Shown: positions 19,318-28,199, counted from the first letter of the stretch. The stretch is 63,478 nt of DNA from Fidelibacterota bacterium (GCA_021736185.1 JAIPGJ010000003.1:1-63478), one strand, 5' to 3'. A program made the numbers and translations. Notes: generated by a model not told the origin, from the sequence alone.

Positions 19318-20707
19318 AATTCCTTCTATATATAAGTCAAAGGGCGTGCCATCAATATTTATATAGTATATATATTTGTTTATATTGGTTTTATGTGATT
19401 TTTTATGACCGATATTTTATTAATACAATTTTGAATGTCTGATTTTTGTGACAGAATGTGCTGACGTTCGCATTTTTATGTTACATGACCAGCAAAAGTC
19501 TTCGATTTGCGTCCATCCAAATTTATAATTTCACGTCACGTGGATACCACGGTTCTCCATAATTCCGTTCAATCAATAGAGGCAGTTTCTGGTGATTTTA
19601 GACTCATAGAAATTGGATAAATCATTCAATAAATCGAAGGGGCCAACATATTTTTGCATTCATTTTAAACCAAGATTTTACCTGGAATTACACAAGGAGG
19701 TGACTTTTATTATTCAGAATCATGATGATGATTTGATCCATATTTTTTAAAATTTGCCACACTTATGAGTATGATTTGAGGTGAATTCTCCCAGTGAATT
19801 CGGCGCTGTCTATTAATATGCTTTATGCATGTATTGTGGCTAGCATATTATAACTGATTCGTTTAATCTGGAGTAATTCTCTTGAATTGGTGAGATTATT
19901 TATCATTTTTTATCAGCAAGCATGTTGATCCTATCGTATTTGAATGGTATGTTTTACAATAAATCACTGCCTTGAGCTAAATTAGTTGATCCATATTTCC
20001 CCTAGCCCTTTCACAGACATACTCTTTACCAATCCCAAAGCGCTTCAGAGCGGATCAATACGTGGAATATCAGGTGATGCTGATTTTGATTATTTCATTC
20101 TTTCTTTTACATGCAAGGTATCAATCTGATCTACTGCCATTACAATATTATTTATAATATCGATAATATTTTCAATGCATTGTTAGAAATATGCTTCGGA
20201 TTATTAGATGCACAATAGCATGTATTGTGTTTGCGATTTATCAGTATGTATCTTTCTGATACAAACCTGTGTTCAATCAGCGGTGAAATAATCGGTCTCT
20301 TTCTGAGCTGATATTTATGACTTTGGGATTAGAGTCTCCCAAACCACAAAAGTTACAAATTGATAGTAGGTCTTGTAAGACTCCCCTGCACTTCCATCTC
20401 ACGTACCGATTTTTTTTGATTCACCTTTTCATTCTCTTGCAGGCTTCCTCCGCTTGATGATCTCCACCACATTTATCCAAAGACCTCCACACTTAATTCC
20501 TCTTTTTTTGCAGCCATTCATCGGACTTTGATCAAATAAATTTCTCTCCAGTAACTATATCATTATGATATCTATATATATCGAATCGTGAACGGCAGGA
20601 ATGTGTTTCGACCTACTGGAATTCTTTTATACTCATAAATAACAATGGTATATGCGATATTATTAATCCGTGGCATGACAATTGAGCTGATTGGTGCGTT
20701 ATTGTCG

Positions 20708-20727
20708 CGACGTTTGCGTCGTTTTTT
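20708..20727 (+). terminator. Short terminator-like hairpin with no assigned upstream gene
   Basis: Stem CGACG / CGTCG, loop TTTG, followed by TTTTTT. The stem is short, so this is weak. Confidence 0.35.
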
Positions 20728-20785
20728 AACAGATTTTAATACGCTTAGTCAGATTTTATCGCATCGGATAATCTCCACTGACTTG

Positions 20786-20825
20786 CCCCCTTGTAGATAC
20801 CCTTTTTACAAGGGGGTTTTCTTTT
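20786..20825 (+). terminator. Strong intrinsic terminator with no assigned upstream gene
   Basis: Perfect 10-bp stem CCCCCTTGTA / TACAAGGGGG with an 11-nt loop, followed by TTTTCTTTT. A T-tract follows the stem only on the + strand. Confidence 0.65.
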
Positions 20826-20910
20826 CATTCAAGAAGAAGCTTGTTCACCTGGCAAACATGCCATATATATTGGACAATTGTATAATACCAGTCTCTAAAG
20901 GAAAACCCCT

Positions 20911-22494
20911 ATGTCCACATTGCCCTACTTCGATAGCTACACAAAAAAACTTTTTGCCAACGAGAATCTCAATTTTTACCTGGATATGAATGATGCAAAT
21001 CTATCTGAATCCTCTCAGCACGAACTGGAACCTGCCCTTTTAGCAGCCATCAATGAAATGCATGAGCTTGAAAATGGTGCTATTGCTAATCCCGATGAAA
21101 ACCGACAGGTCGGTCATTATTGGTTAAGGAATCCTGCTTTGGCTCCCTCCAGCGAGATTCGGGGACACATCGAAGAGACACTTCGACGTATAAAATCTTT
21201 CTCTATTGATATTTCGGAGGGGCGAATTGTTGGTGCCAATGGCAAAACATTTACCAACCTGCTTGTGATTGGTATTGGTGGCTCCGCTCTGGGTCCTCAA
21301 TTTGTTGCTGACGCTTTAGATCCAAAAACAAATCTGAATATTTCCTTCCTGGATAATACAGATCCAGATGGTATCGACCGTGTGCTTTCGAGCCTGAAAG
21401 CTGAATTGGAAGCAACGCTTGTCATCGTTATTTCAAAATCCGGAGGGACAGCAGAAACCCGCAATGGCATGCTGGAGACCCAGCATGTATTCAATAAGCA
21501 GGGTCTGGATTTTGGGAGACAGGCTATAGCCATTACTGGCCAGGGCAGTCAGCTCTACCATCTCGCCATGAAGGATAACTGGCTGTCAATTTTCCCCATG
21601 TGGGATTGGGTGGGCGGTCGTACTTCCGTCATGTCTGCTGTGGGTCTTCTACCTGCTGCTCTGCTAGGTATCGATATCGATGCCTTCCTGGCTGGGGCTT
21701 CTGCCATGGACGAAGTGACTCGCTCCACTGATATTTACAGTAATCCAGCAGCCTTACTAGCACAATCCTGGTTTATCCTTAGTGAAGGCAAGGGTGCCAA
21801 GGATATGGTCATCCTACCCTACAAGGATAGGCTGCTCCTCTTCAGCAGATATCTGCAACAACTCATCATGGAATCACTGGGAAAGCAATTGGATACCCAG
21901 GGGAAGCTTGTCCATCAGGGAATCGCAGTATATGGCAATAAGGGATCAACGGATCAACATGCCTATGTGCAGCAGCTAAGGGATGGAATTAACAATTTCT
22001 TCGTTACATTTATTGAAGTTCTGACTGATCGTGATGGTGACTCCATTCTTGTTGATAACCAAAACAGCAGTGGTGACTATCTCTTTGGCTTTTTTAAGGG
22101 CACCCAGACAGCACTTAGCGAAAATGAGCGAAGATCAATCACCATCACTATCCCAGATGTCTCACCTCGCAGCATAGGAGCACTCATAGCACTCTATGAA
22201 CGAGCCGTCGGCCTGTATGCAACACTCATCAATATTAATGCCTATCACCAGCCTGGTGTTGAGGCTGGCAAAAAGGCTGCGGGTCGAGTACTGGATATAA
22301 AAAATAGCATTCTTGAATTGTTGAAAAAAAATGATGTGTATTTGACCATAGGTGAAATAAGTGAAAGGCTTGCACTGCCCGGGCAAGAAATATTGATCTA
22401 TCATATTCTACGCCACCATGCTGCAAATAACCGTCTTGACATCCAGGGATCTCTAACTGAACCTACTACTGTGAAAGTAAAACTGGGCAAATAA
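20911..22494 (+). CDS. pgi: Glucose-6-phosphate isomerase
   Basis: 527 aa. PGI blocks GIGGSALGPQF, VISKSGGTAETRN and NAYHQPGVEAGK. Confidence 0.9.
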   Translation: MSTLPYFDSYTKKLFANENLNFYLDMNDANLSESSQHELEPALLAAINEMHELENGAIANPDENRQVGHYWLRNPALAPSSEIRGHIEETLRRIKSFSIDISEGRIVGANGKTFTNLLVIGIGGSALGPQFVADALDPKTNLNISFLDNTDPDGIDRVLSSLKAELEATLVIVISKSGGTAETRNGMLETQHVFNKQGLDFGRQAIAITGQGSQLYHLAMKDNWLSIFPMWDWVGGRTSVMSAVGLLPAALLGIDIDAFLAGASAMDEVTRSTDIYSNPAALLAQSWFILSEGKGAKDMVILPYKDRLLLFSRYLQQLIMESLGKQLDTQGKLVHQGIAVYGNKGSTDQHAYVQQLRDGINNFFVTFIEVLTDRDGDSILVDNQNSSGDYLFGFFKGTQTALSENERRSITITIPDVSPRSIGALIALYERAVGLYATLININAYHQPGVEAGKKAAGRVLDIKNSILELLKKNDVYLTIGEISERLALPGQEILIYHILRHHAANNRLDIQGSLTEPTTVKVKLGK

Positions 22495-22500
22495 TTACCC

Positions 22501-22944
22501 ATGTCTGGTTGGCTCCTCATTTCATCCAAACAAAATTTGGATATCACCTCCGATCTTCATTTCACACTACAAGGTTTGAAAAAACGCCATCGTAAAAAAG
22601 CTCACCAGATTCAACCTGGTGATATCTTTTTCTATTATATCACAGGAGTACAGAAATTGGCTGCTGCCGTCACGATAGAGTCCTTCGTCACCGAGGGCTC
22701 AGATAAAATCTGGATCAATCTGGGCAAGGACCCTGAGGAATGCTACCCCTGGAGATTTAAAATCTCACCGCTCCTCATATTAGATGAATCGAACTGGTTG
22801 AATATGTCTGAATTTTCAGATAAGCTTCTTCATTTCAGGAAATGGCCGGTCAAGAATTGGAGATTGGGTCTCCAGGGTCAAATTCATGCACTCCGTGATG
22901 ATGATACCCACCTCCTGCTCCAAGCCCTCTCCAAAGTAAAATAA
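22501..22944 (+). CDS. Putative EVE/PUA-like domain protein
   Basis: 147 aa. N-terminal W-L-L start and a central PGDIFFYY...KLAAAVTIES block resemble the EVE fold pattern. Starts 6 nt after pgi. Confidence 0.4.
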   Translation: MSGWLLISSKQNLDITSDLHFTLQGLKKRHRKKAHQIQPGDIFFYYITGVQKLAAAVTIESFVTEGSDKIWINLGKDPEECYPWRFKISPLLILDESNWLNMSEFSDKLLHFRKWPVKNWRLGLQGQIHALRDDDTHLLLQALSKVK

Positions 22945-23108
22945 TACATTCAATCCCGTAAGCTGAACGAGTTCGGTTCAATATTTGCAATTCGTATTTA
23001 ATATTTTCTGAACAACATTCTGCTCATCCCTTAGGAGTGGGCTTTCATTTGATAAATGACAGACGACTGACTAGATTAGTTCTCAAAAAAAAATAATAGG
23101 AACCTATC

Positions 23109-23594
23109 ATGACTTTCAACCTAGATACAAAAAAACATACATTAAGATTACTTCATCATAACGTTGCCATCGTTTCCTCAGGAAAAGGGGAACATGCTGT
23201 AGGTGCCACGGTCACCTGGTTTACGCAGAGCAGTTTTGAACCTCCCTATATTGCGATGGCTGTCAAAGCGGATAGCCGATTGTACGAAGCAATTCGAACT
23301 AACAAAAATCTAATTATTAGTCTGGTAGGCAAAGATGATAAGAGTCTGGCAGGCGCCTTTTTTAAGGCTCAATCCTGGGATGAAGGAACTTTCGGAGGTT
23401 TCCCGGCAAAGGCACATCAATTGGGTGGCGCCATACTGGACTCCAGTCCTGCCTGGTTAGCCTGTAAAGTGAAAACCATCGTTGAAGAGGGTGATCATCA
23501 TGTGATCCTCTCCCAGGTTGTGGACTCAGGTATTCATAAAGAAGAAGAGAAAGCCATGTGTCTCACTGAGACAGGCTGGCAATACGGAGGGTAG
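23109..23594 (+). CDS. Flavin reductase-like (FMN-binding split-barrel) protein
   Basis: 161 aa. The pattern AVGATVTWFTQSSFEPPYIAMAVKADSRLYEAI...LIISLV is typical of the flavin reductase domain family. Confidence 0.6.
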   Translation: MTFNLDTKKHTLRLLHHNVAIVSSGKGEHAVGATVTWFTQSSFEPPYIAMAVKADSRLYEAIRTNKNLIISLVGKDDKSLAGAFFKAQSWDEGTFGGFPAKAHQLGGAILDSSPAWLACKVKTIVEEGDHHVILSQVVDSGIHKEEEKAMCLTETGWQYGG

Positions 23595-23599
23595 GACTC

Positions 23600-25612
23600 A
23601 TGCTAACAGGTTGGGAAAAGGCTGTATTTGTATTCGTTTTGCTGGGATCGCTGGGAGCGACCCGGACCACATTCAGCAATATGTTTAAGATTATTGGCAG
23701 AGGTGCAAAGCCCATTGACTGGTCTTTGGTTTTCAAGCGCATCCCTTCGGGTATCCTCGCCCTCATGGGAAAACCCCTGTTTAAAACCCGACCTCTGGCA
23801 ACGATAATTCATACGGGTGTCTCCTGGGGTTTCATACTTTATATACTTGTCAATTTTATCGATATCCTGAGCGGCATGTTCACTAATTTCCATTTCCTGC
23901 CTGATTCCATCGTAGGCAATATCTATCGACTCTTTGTCGATGTGTTCAGTGTTATTGTTATTTTGGGCGTCATCTACTTCCTTATCAGACGCTTCATTCA
24001 GGATGATCCCGCCCTACATATCAATGAAACGATCATGCTCAATAAAAAGGCACGCAAAGGGGTTTTCAGTGACTCGGCACTGGTCGCATTCTTCATTTTC
24101 TTCCATGTGGGATTCCGACTTCTCGGCGCTTCCTTTGAACTTGCTCAAGCTGGCAGTGATGGTTTCCAGCCCGCAGCTTCAGCCCTAGCCTCACTCTGGG
24201 CTGATTTCAGTCCCCAAGCTCTGGTTTTTAATGAGCATGCAGCCTGGTGGCTGGCCATAGGTTTAATTCTAGCCTTCATCCCTTATTTCCCTACGACCAA
24301 GCATGCTCACCTGTTCATGGGCCCGCTTAACCATATGATCACCTCAAATGAACACACACCCGCATCATTTGAGACCATCAATTTTGAAGATGAGTCCCTG
24401 GAACAATATGGTGCCGCCCTGCTGGAGCATTTACCCCAGAAGAATATTCTGGACGCCTATGCCTGTATCATGTGTAATCGCTGCCAGGATGCCTGTCCCG
24501 CCTATATCACAGGCAAACCCCTCTCTCCCTCAGCCATTGAGGTAAATAAACGCTATTACATCAGGGAACACGTCTCAGATCTGGCCAAGGGAGTGGCAAC
24601 CACTGAACCGCTTTCAGAATGGCTACTCTCTGAAGATGCCATTTGGGCTTGCACCAGTTGTGGGTATTGCGTGGAGGTTTGTCCAGTTGCCAACGAACCC
24701 ATGGTTGACATTTTACGAGCCCGCCAGGATCTGGTGATGATGGAAAGCAAGTTCCCCAAGGAAGCAGTAACTACCTTTAAAAACCTGGAAGTCAATGGCA
24801 ACCCCTGGGGACAATCTGCCCAGGACCGTGAGAATTGGATCGGTGATCTCAATGTTCCCAAAATGCGTGACAAGGGAAAAGCAGAGTACCTCTACTGGGT
24901 TGGCTGTGCCGGTGCCTATGATGCTCGCGGACAGGAAGTGTCTAAAGCCATGGTAAAATTGATGAATCATGCCGAGATTGATTATGCCATATTGGGTAAC
25001 GAAGAAACCTGTACCGGGGATTCCGCCCGTCGTTTGGGAAATGAATATTTATTTCAGATGATGGCGCAACAGAATATTGATACTTTTGATAATTATGGTG
25101 TCACTAAAATCATCACCCAGTGCCCCCATTGTTTCAATGCCCTGAAAAATGATTATAAGTCCCTTGGCAAAAATTATGAGGTGATTCACCATGCCGAATT
25201 TCTGGCAGATTTGGTAGGCCAGGGTAAACTAATCCCAGGCAAAGCAAATAACGCCACGGTAAGCTATCATGATTCATGCTATCTTGGCCGCCATAATGAC
25301 ATTTATGAGGCACCTCGAGACATCATCAAGGCTATTCCTGGCGTAAAGCTGGAAGAGTTCCCTCGCTCCAGAAACGAAGGCATGTGCTGTGGCGCTGGCG
25401 GTGGACGGATGTGGCTGGAAGAAACTCTGGGCGATAAAACGATCAATATCGAGCGCATGGAGGATGTGAAAGCAATCACTCCTGATGAAGTGGCCACGGC
25501 CTGTCCCTTCTGTGCGACCATGATCAATGATGGAATCATGGCGGAAGAGCTGGATGCAAAAACCTCCAGCAAGGATATAGCTCAATATCTTCTGGAATCC
25601 ATCGCAGTATAA
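23600..25612 (+). CDS. Membrane-integrated HdrD/GlpC-like Fe-S oxidoreductase (N-terminal polytopic domain, two 4Fe-4S motifs, CCG domains)
   Basis: SD GGAGGG. About 5-6 TM helices. Motifs CIMCNRCQDACP and CTSCGYCVEVCP. The cysteine-rich CCG motif appears in EGMCCGAGGG, and ATACPFCA is also present. Confidence 0.75.
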   Translation: MLTGWEKAVFVFVLLGSLGATRTTFSNMFKIIGRGAKPIDWSLVFKRIPSGILALMGKPLFKTRPLATIIHTGVSWGFILYILVNFIDILSGMFTNFHFLPDSIVGNIYRLFVDVFSVIVILGVIYFLIRRFIQDDPALHINETIMLNKKARKGVFSDSALVAFFIFFHVGFRLLGASFELAQAGSDGFQPAASALASLWADFSPQALVFNEHAAWWLAIGLILAFIPYFPTTKHAHLFMGPLNHMITSNEHTPASFETINFEDESLEQYGAALLEHLPQKNILDAYACIMCNRCQDACPAYITGKPLSPSAIEVNKRYYIREHVSDLAKGVATTEPLSEWLLSEDAIWACTSCGYCVEVCPVANEPMVDILRARQDLVMMESKFPKEAVTTFKNLEVNGNPWGQSAQDRENWIGDLNVPKMRDKGKAEYLYWVGCAGAYDARGQEVSKAMVKLMNHAEIDYAILGNEETCTGDSARRLGNEYLFQMMAQQNIDTFDNYGVTKIITQCPHCFNALKNDYKSLGKNYEVIHHAEFLADLVGQGKLIPGKANNATVSYHDSCYLGRHNDIYEAPRDIIKAIPGVKLEEFPRSRNEGMCCGAGGGRMWLEETLGDKTINIERMEDVKAITPDEVATACPFCATMINDGIMAEELDAKTSSKDIAQYLLESIAV

Positions 25613-25634
25613 GCAGCGATTTAAAAGATATTAG

Positions 25635-25670
25635 AAGGTGCCTTGATCTTGGTCAAAGCACCTTTTTCTT
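25635..25670 (+). terminator. Intrinsic terminator after the Fe-S oxidoreductase gene
   Basis: Stem AAGGTGC / GCACCTT with additional inner TTGA/TCAA pairing, followed by TTTTTCTT. Confidence 0.65.
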
Positions 25671-25676
25671 ATTCAT

Positions 25677-26765
25677 TTGAAAAAGCATTTCCATTCATCC
25701 CCAGACGGATTAGACTCGCTCATGATTTTTCATGAAAATGAGCAGCGTTGGAACGACTGGACCTGGCAACACGCTCATAGCTGTAAGGACCTGTCCACCC
25801 TCAACGAATGGCTGGAAAAAGCTGGCAGTAAGAACCCTATCCCTAAAAAGCACTTCAACGAGATCACATCCAGCTATCGGATGGGGATTACTCCCTATTA
25901 TTTCAGTTTGATGACCCGCTATGATGAATCAGACCCTATTTTTCGACAGATCGTGCCCTCAAACGAGGAGCTAAACATATTGCCTGAGGAACTCATTGAT
26001 CCCATTGGAGATGAGAACCCTGCCCGCGGATCGCGGCCGTTGAAAGCCCTGATTCACCGTTATACCAATCGGGTCCTTCTCATTCCAACGGCCCAGTGCG
26101 CCGTTTACTGTCGATTCTGCTTCAGAAAGCGTCTTGTCGGCGATACGGCGCACAACGCCCGTGAGGAGGATCTTCGGGCTGCCTATGGCTATATTCAATC
26201 CCATCCTGAAATTGATGAGGTGATCCTCACGGGCGGCGACCCGCTCACCCTGGGGGATCAATCACTTCTCACTATATTGAAAGCATTGGAGCGGATCCCA
26301 CATCTCCGGATGATCAGAATTCACACACGCCTCCCTGTGGTCAATCCATTTCGGCTCACACCAGAGTTGGGTGAAATAATCAGCACCCTCAATAAGCCGG
26401 TGTGGGTCTCAGCCCATTTTAATCATCCTCAGGAAATCACGGATACTGCTCGGGAGCATATTTTGAAGTGGGTTTCCCTGGGAATCCCGTTCTTAAATCA
26501 AAGTGTTCTCCTCCAGGGAATCAACGATTCAGCCAGCATATTGCAGGATTTGTTTATGTCTCTGATTGAGATGAAGATCAAACCCTACTATCTCCACCAG
26601 GCTGATATGGTGCAGGGCACCAGCCATCTTCGGGTAGCCCAACAACGGGGACTGGAAATACTCAAAGAACTCCAGGGTGAGATTCCAGGTTATGCGCTTC
26701 CACATTATGTCCTGGATCGATCAGATGGATCAGGTAAAATACCGCTGCAAAACCAATGGATTTGA
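25677..26765 (+). CDS. KamA-family radical SAM protein (lysine 2,3-aminomutase / EpmB-like)
   Basis: Radical SAM motif CAVYCRFCFRK, followed by LTGGDPL. The listed start is TTG at 25677, immediately after a terminator; the ATG at 25722 is an alternative. Confidence 0.7.
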   Translation: MKKHFHSSPDGLDSLMIFHENEQRWNDWTWQHAHSCKDLSTLNEWLEKAGSKNPIPKKHFNEITSSYRMGITPYYFSLMTRYDESDPIFRQIVPSNEELNILPEELIDPIGDENPARGSRPLKALIHRYTNRVLLIPTAQCAVYCRFCFRKRLVGDTAHNAREEDLRAAYGYIQSHPEIDEVILTGGDPLTLGDQSLLTILKALERIPHLRMIRIHTRLPVVNPFRLTPELGEIISTLNKPVWVSAHFNHPQEITDTAREHILKWVSLGIPFLNQSVLLQGINDSASILQDLFMSLIEMKIKPYYLHQADMVQGTSHLRVAQQRGLEILKELQGEIPGYALPHYVLDRSDGSGKIPLQNQWI

Positions 26766-26895
26766 TTCACTCTCTTATATATCCGGGCTTACAATCAGCA
26801 ATACTAATAATACGCTCCACTATTCTCCGCCCTCGATAATGCCCTTGATTCTTCCGGGATAATCTTAAATTAGCAGATATTAACAATTGGAGGAA

Positions 26896-27888
26896 ATGAT
26901 GAGAAAACGCTACTTGCCTATATTATTGATGATCATGCTGGGACTTCTTATATGGTCATGCAGCGATCCTGCAGAAGATGATACCACTGCGCCGGATACA
27001 CCTACGAATTTTAATTACTCCGCCGCGCTTTCAGGCGATGGTGGGGTTTATCTCACCTGGGACGAAAATACTGAAGATGATCTTGGTGGATACACTCTAT
27101 ATCGAAGCTATGGCAGTGTTGATTATGCCTCGATTGCGAGCTTGCAGTCAAATTATTACATGGATGCAGGACTGGATTATGATACAGAGTATTCTTACAA
27201 ACTCACTGCACATGATACTGAAGGAAATGAAAGTGGCTTCACCAATATCGTTTCAGTAACGCCCATTAATTTGAATCCACCACAAACCCCAAGCAATTTC
27301 CAAATTAAGGCTCACAATAAGCCGACGGAATTCCTGGTGAATGTGGAATTGACATGGAATCAAAACACTGAATCTGATTTTTCCCATTATAAAATCTTCA
27401 GATCTGATGTCAGCGGGCTCTTTGCCACCAATTCAGCCTCTTTCCTTGACTCAACAACTGATAACTTTTACATCGATGAAGCAGTGACACCAGGGACTAC
27501 CTATCATTATAAGCTCATTGCCTACGATAGGGGCGGGGTCCTGGAAGCACCTGCTGCTGGACCGGTTTCCGACACCCCCTTGGAAATACCTACGCTCGTT
27601 TCGCCCATCGGCGGCAATTCAATCAGCACCCTCACGCCAACATTTCACTGGGTGAATGTGAGTAATGCTGTGAAGTATAAAATTATCGTTAGGACATCCA
27701 GTCAAACTGGTGACATCTGGGAATCCACACTTACTGCAACTGCTAATGCCGAAATGACAGTAACTTATCCAGGGACACCTGCGCTAACTCCCAATACTCT
27801 ATATTATTGGTTTGTTTCAGGCTATTCCAAAGACACAGAGGACATTAACGTCTTCACACCTGTTACTGGATTTCGTACTCCCTCCTAA
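26896..27888 (+). CDS. Lipoprotein with tandem fibronectin type III-like domains
   Basis: SD GGAGG at 26889-26893. Signal MMRKRYLPILLMIMLGLLIWSC. Repeated FN3-like blocks (YLTWDENTEDDLGGYTLYRS..., LTWNQNTESDFSHYKIFRS...). Confidence 0.6.
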   Translation: MMRKRYLPILLMIMLGLLIWSCSDPAEDDTTAPDTPTNFNYSAALSGDGGVYLTWDENTEDDLGGYTLYRSYGSVDYASIASLQSNYYMDAGLDYDTEYSYKLTAHDTEGNESGFTNIVSVTPINLNPPQTPSNFQIKAHNKPTEFLVNVELTWNQNTESDFSHYKIFRSDVSGLFATNSASFLDSTTDNFYIDEAVTPGTTYHYKLIAYDRGGVLEAPAAGPVSDTPLEIPTLVSPIGGNSISTLTPTFHWVNVSNAVKYKIIVRTSSQTGDIWESTLTATANAEMTVTYPGTPALTPNTLYYWFVSGYSKDTEDINVFTPVTGFRTPS

Positions 27889-27910
27889 CAGATTTAGGAA
27901 TAATGCTGTG

Positions 27911-27947
27911 AAAAAGAGGCTGTCCCAAAAGAGCGGCCTCTTTTTTT
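27911..27947. terminator. Bidirectional intrinsic terminator
   Basis: Stem AAGAGGC / GCCTCTT flanked by AAAAA on the 5' side and TTTTTTT on the 3' side. Confidence 0.65.
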
Positions 27948-28126
27948 AATGTCGAGGGTATAAAGGTATAGGGTCAATTGGGGCTATGTTGAGATGTGGA
28001 CACCTGAGTAAGATACAATCTAAAACGCATCTGCCTTGGTTTGGGTAAGCATTGCCTGTTCCAATCGTTGAAAATCCACCTGCCCGGCGTATCTCAACGA
28101 GCAGAGCCGGGTGTAAATCCGCAGCT

Positions 28127-28167
28127 AAAAATAGAAAAGGGACCATCTCATGTTCTGAGACAGCCCC
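28127..28167 (-). terminator. Intrinsic terminator after argF
   Basis: On the minus strand, a 12-bp stem GGGGCTGTCTCA / TGAGATGGTCCC (three G-U pairs) is followed by TTTTCTATTTTT. Confidence 0.6.
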
Positions 28168-28199
28168 TTTTTATATGGAGTGAAATGGTTTAACTCGGG

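Noticed and set aside
19827-20229. The two GCATGTATTGTG copies, with the CACAATA inverted arm, considered as the inverted repeats of an invertible promoter controlling the surface operon
   Set aside because: The two 12-mers are in direct orientation. The truly inverted part is only about 7 nt, and no recombinase gene is nearby. They are kept only as unexplained motifs.
20645-20989. 114-aa + strand ORF in the large ORF-free region
   Set aside because: It reads straight through two terminator hairpins and 79 nt into pgi in another frame. It has no SD and its sequence is not protein-like.
28028-28039. 12-nt identity (minus strand CCAAGGCAGATG) to E. coli 4.5S/SRP RNA, raising the idea of an ffs gene
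   Set aside because: The universally conserved SRP domain IV core (GGAA tetraloop followed by GGAAGCAGC, with the symmetric-loop context) is absent. A second partial match, GGGAAGCAGG at about 35508-35517, also lacks the required helix geometry.
28105-28125. GCCGGGTGTAAATCCGCAGC resembling the cobalamin riboswitch core (GGTGnAAnTCC)
   Set aside because: The other B12-element blocks (GGGAA upstream, GCCACTG, the B12 box) are missing, and no gene lies downstream in either orientation.
27946-28146. 66-aa minus-strand ORF between the FN3 lipoprotein gene and argF
   Set aside because: It starts inside the argF terminator stem and ends in the bidirectional terminator. It has no SD.
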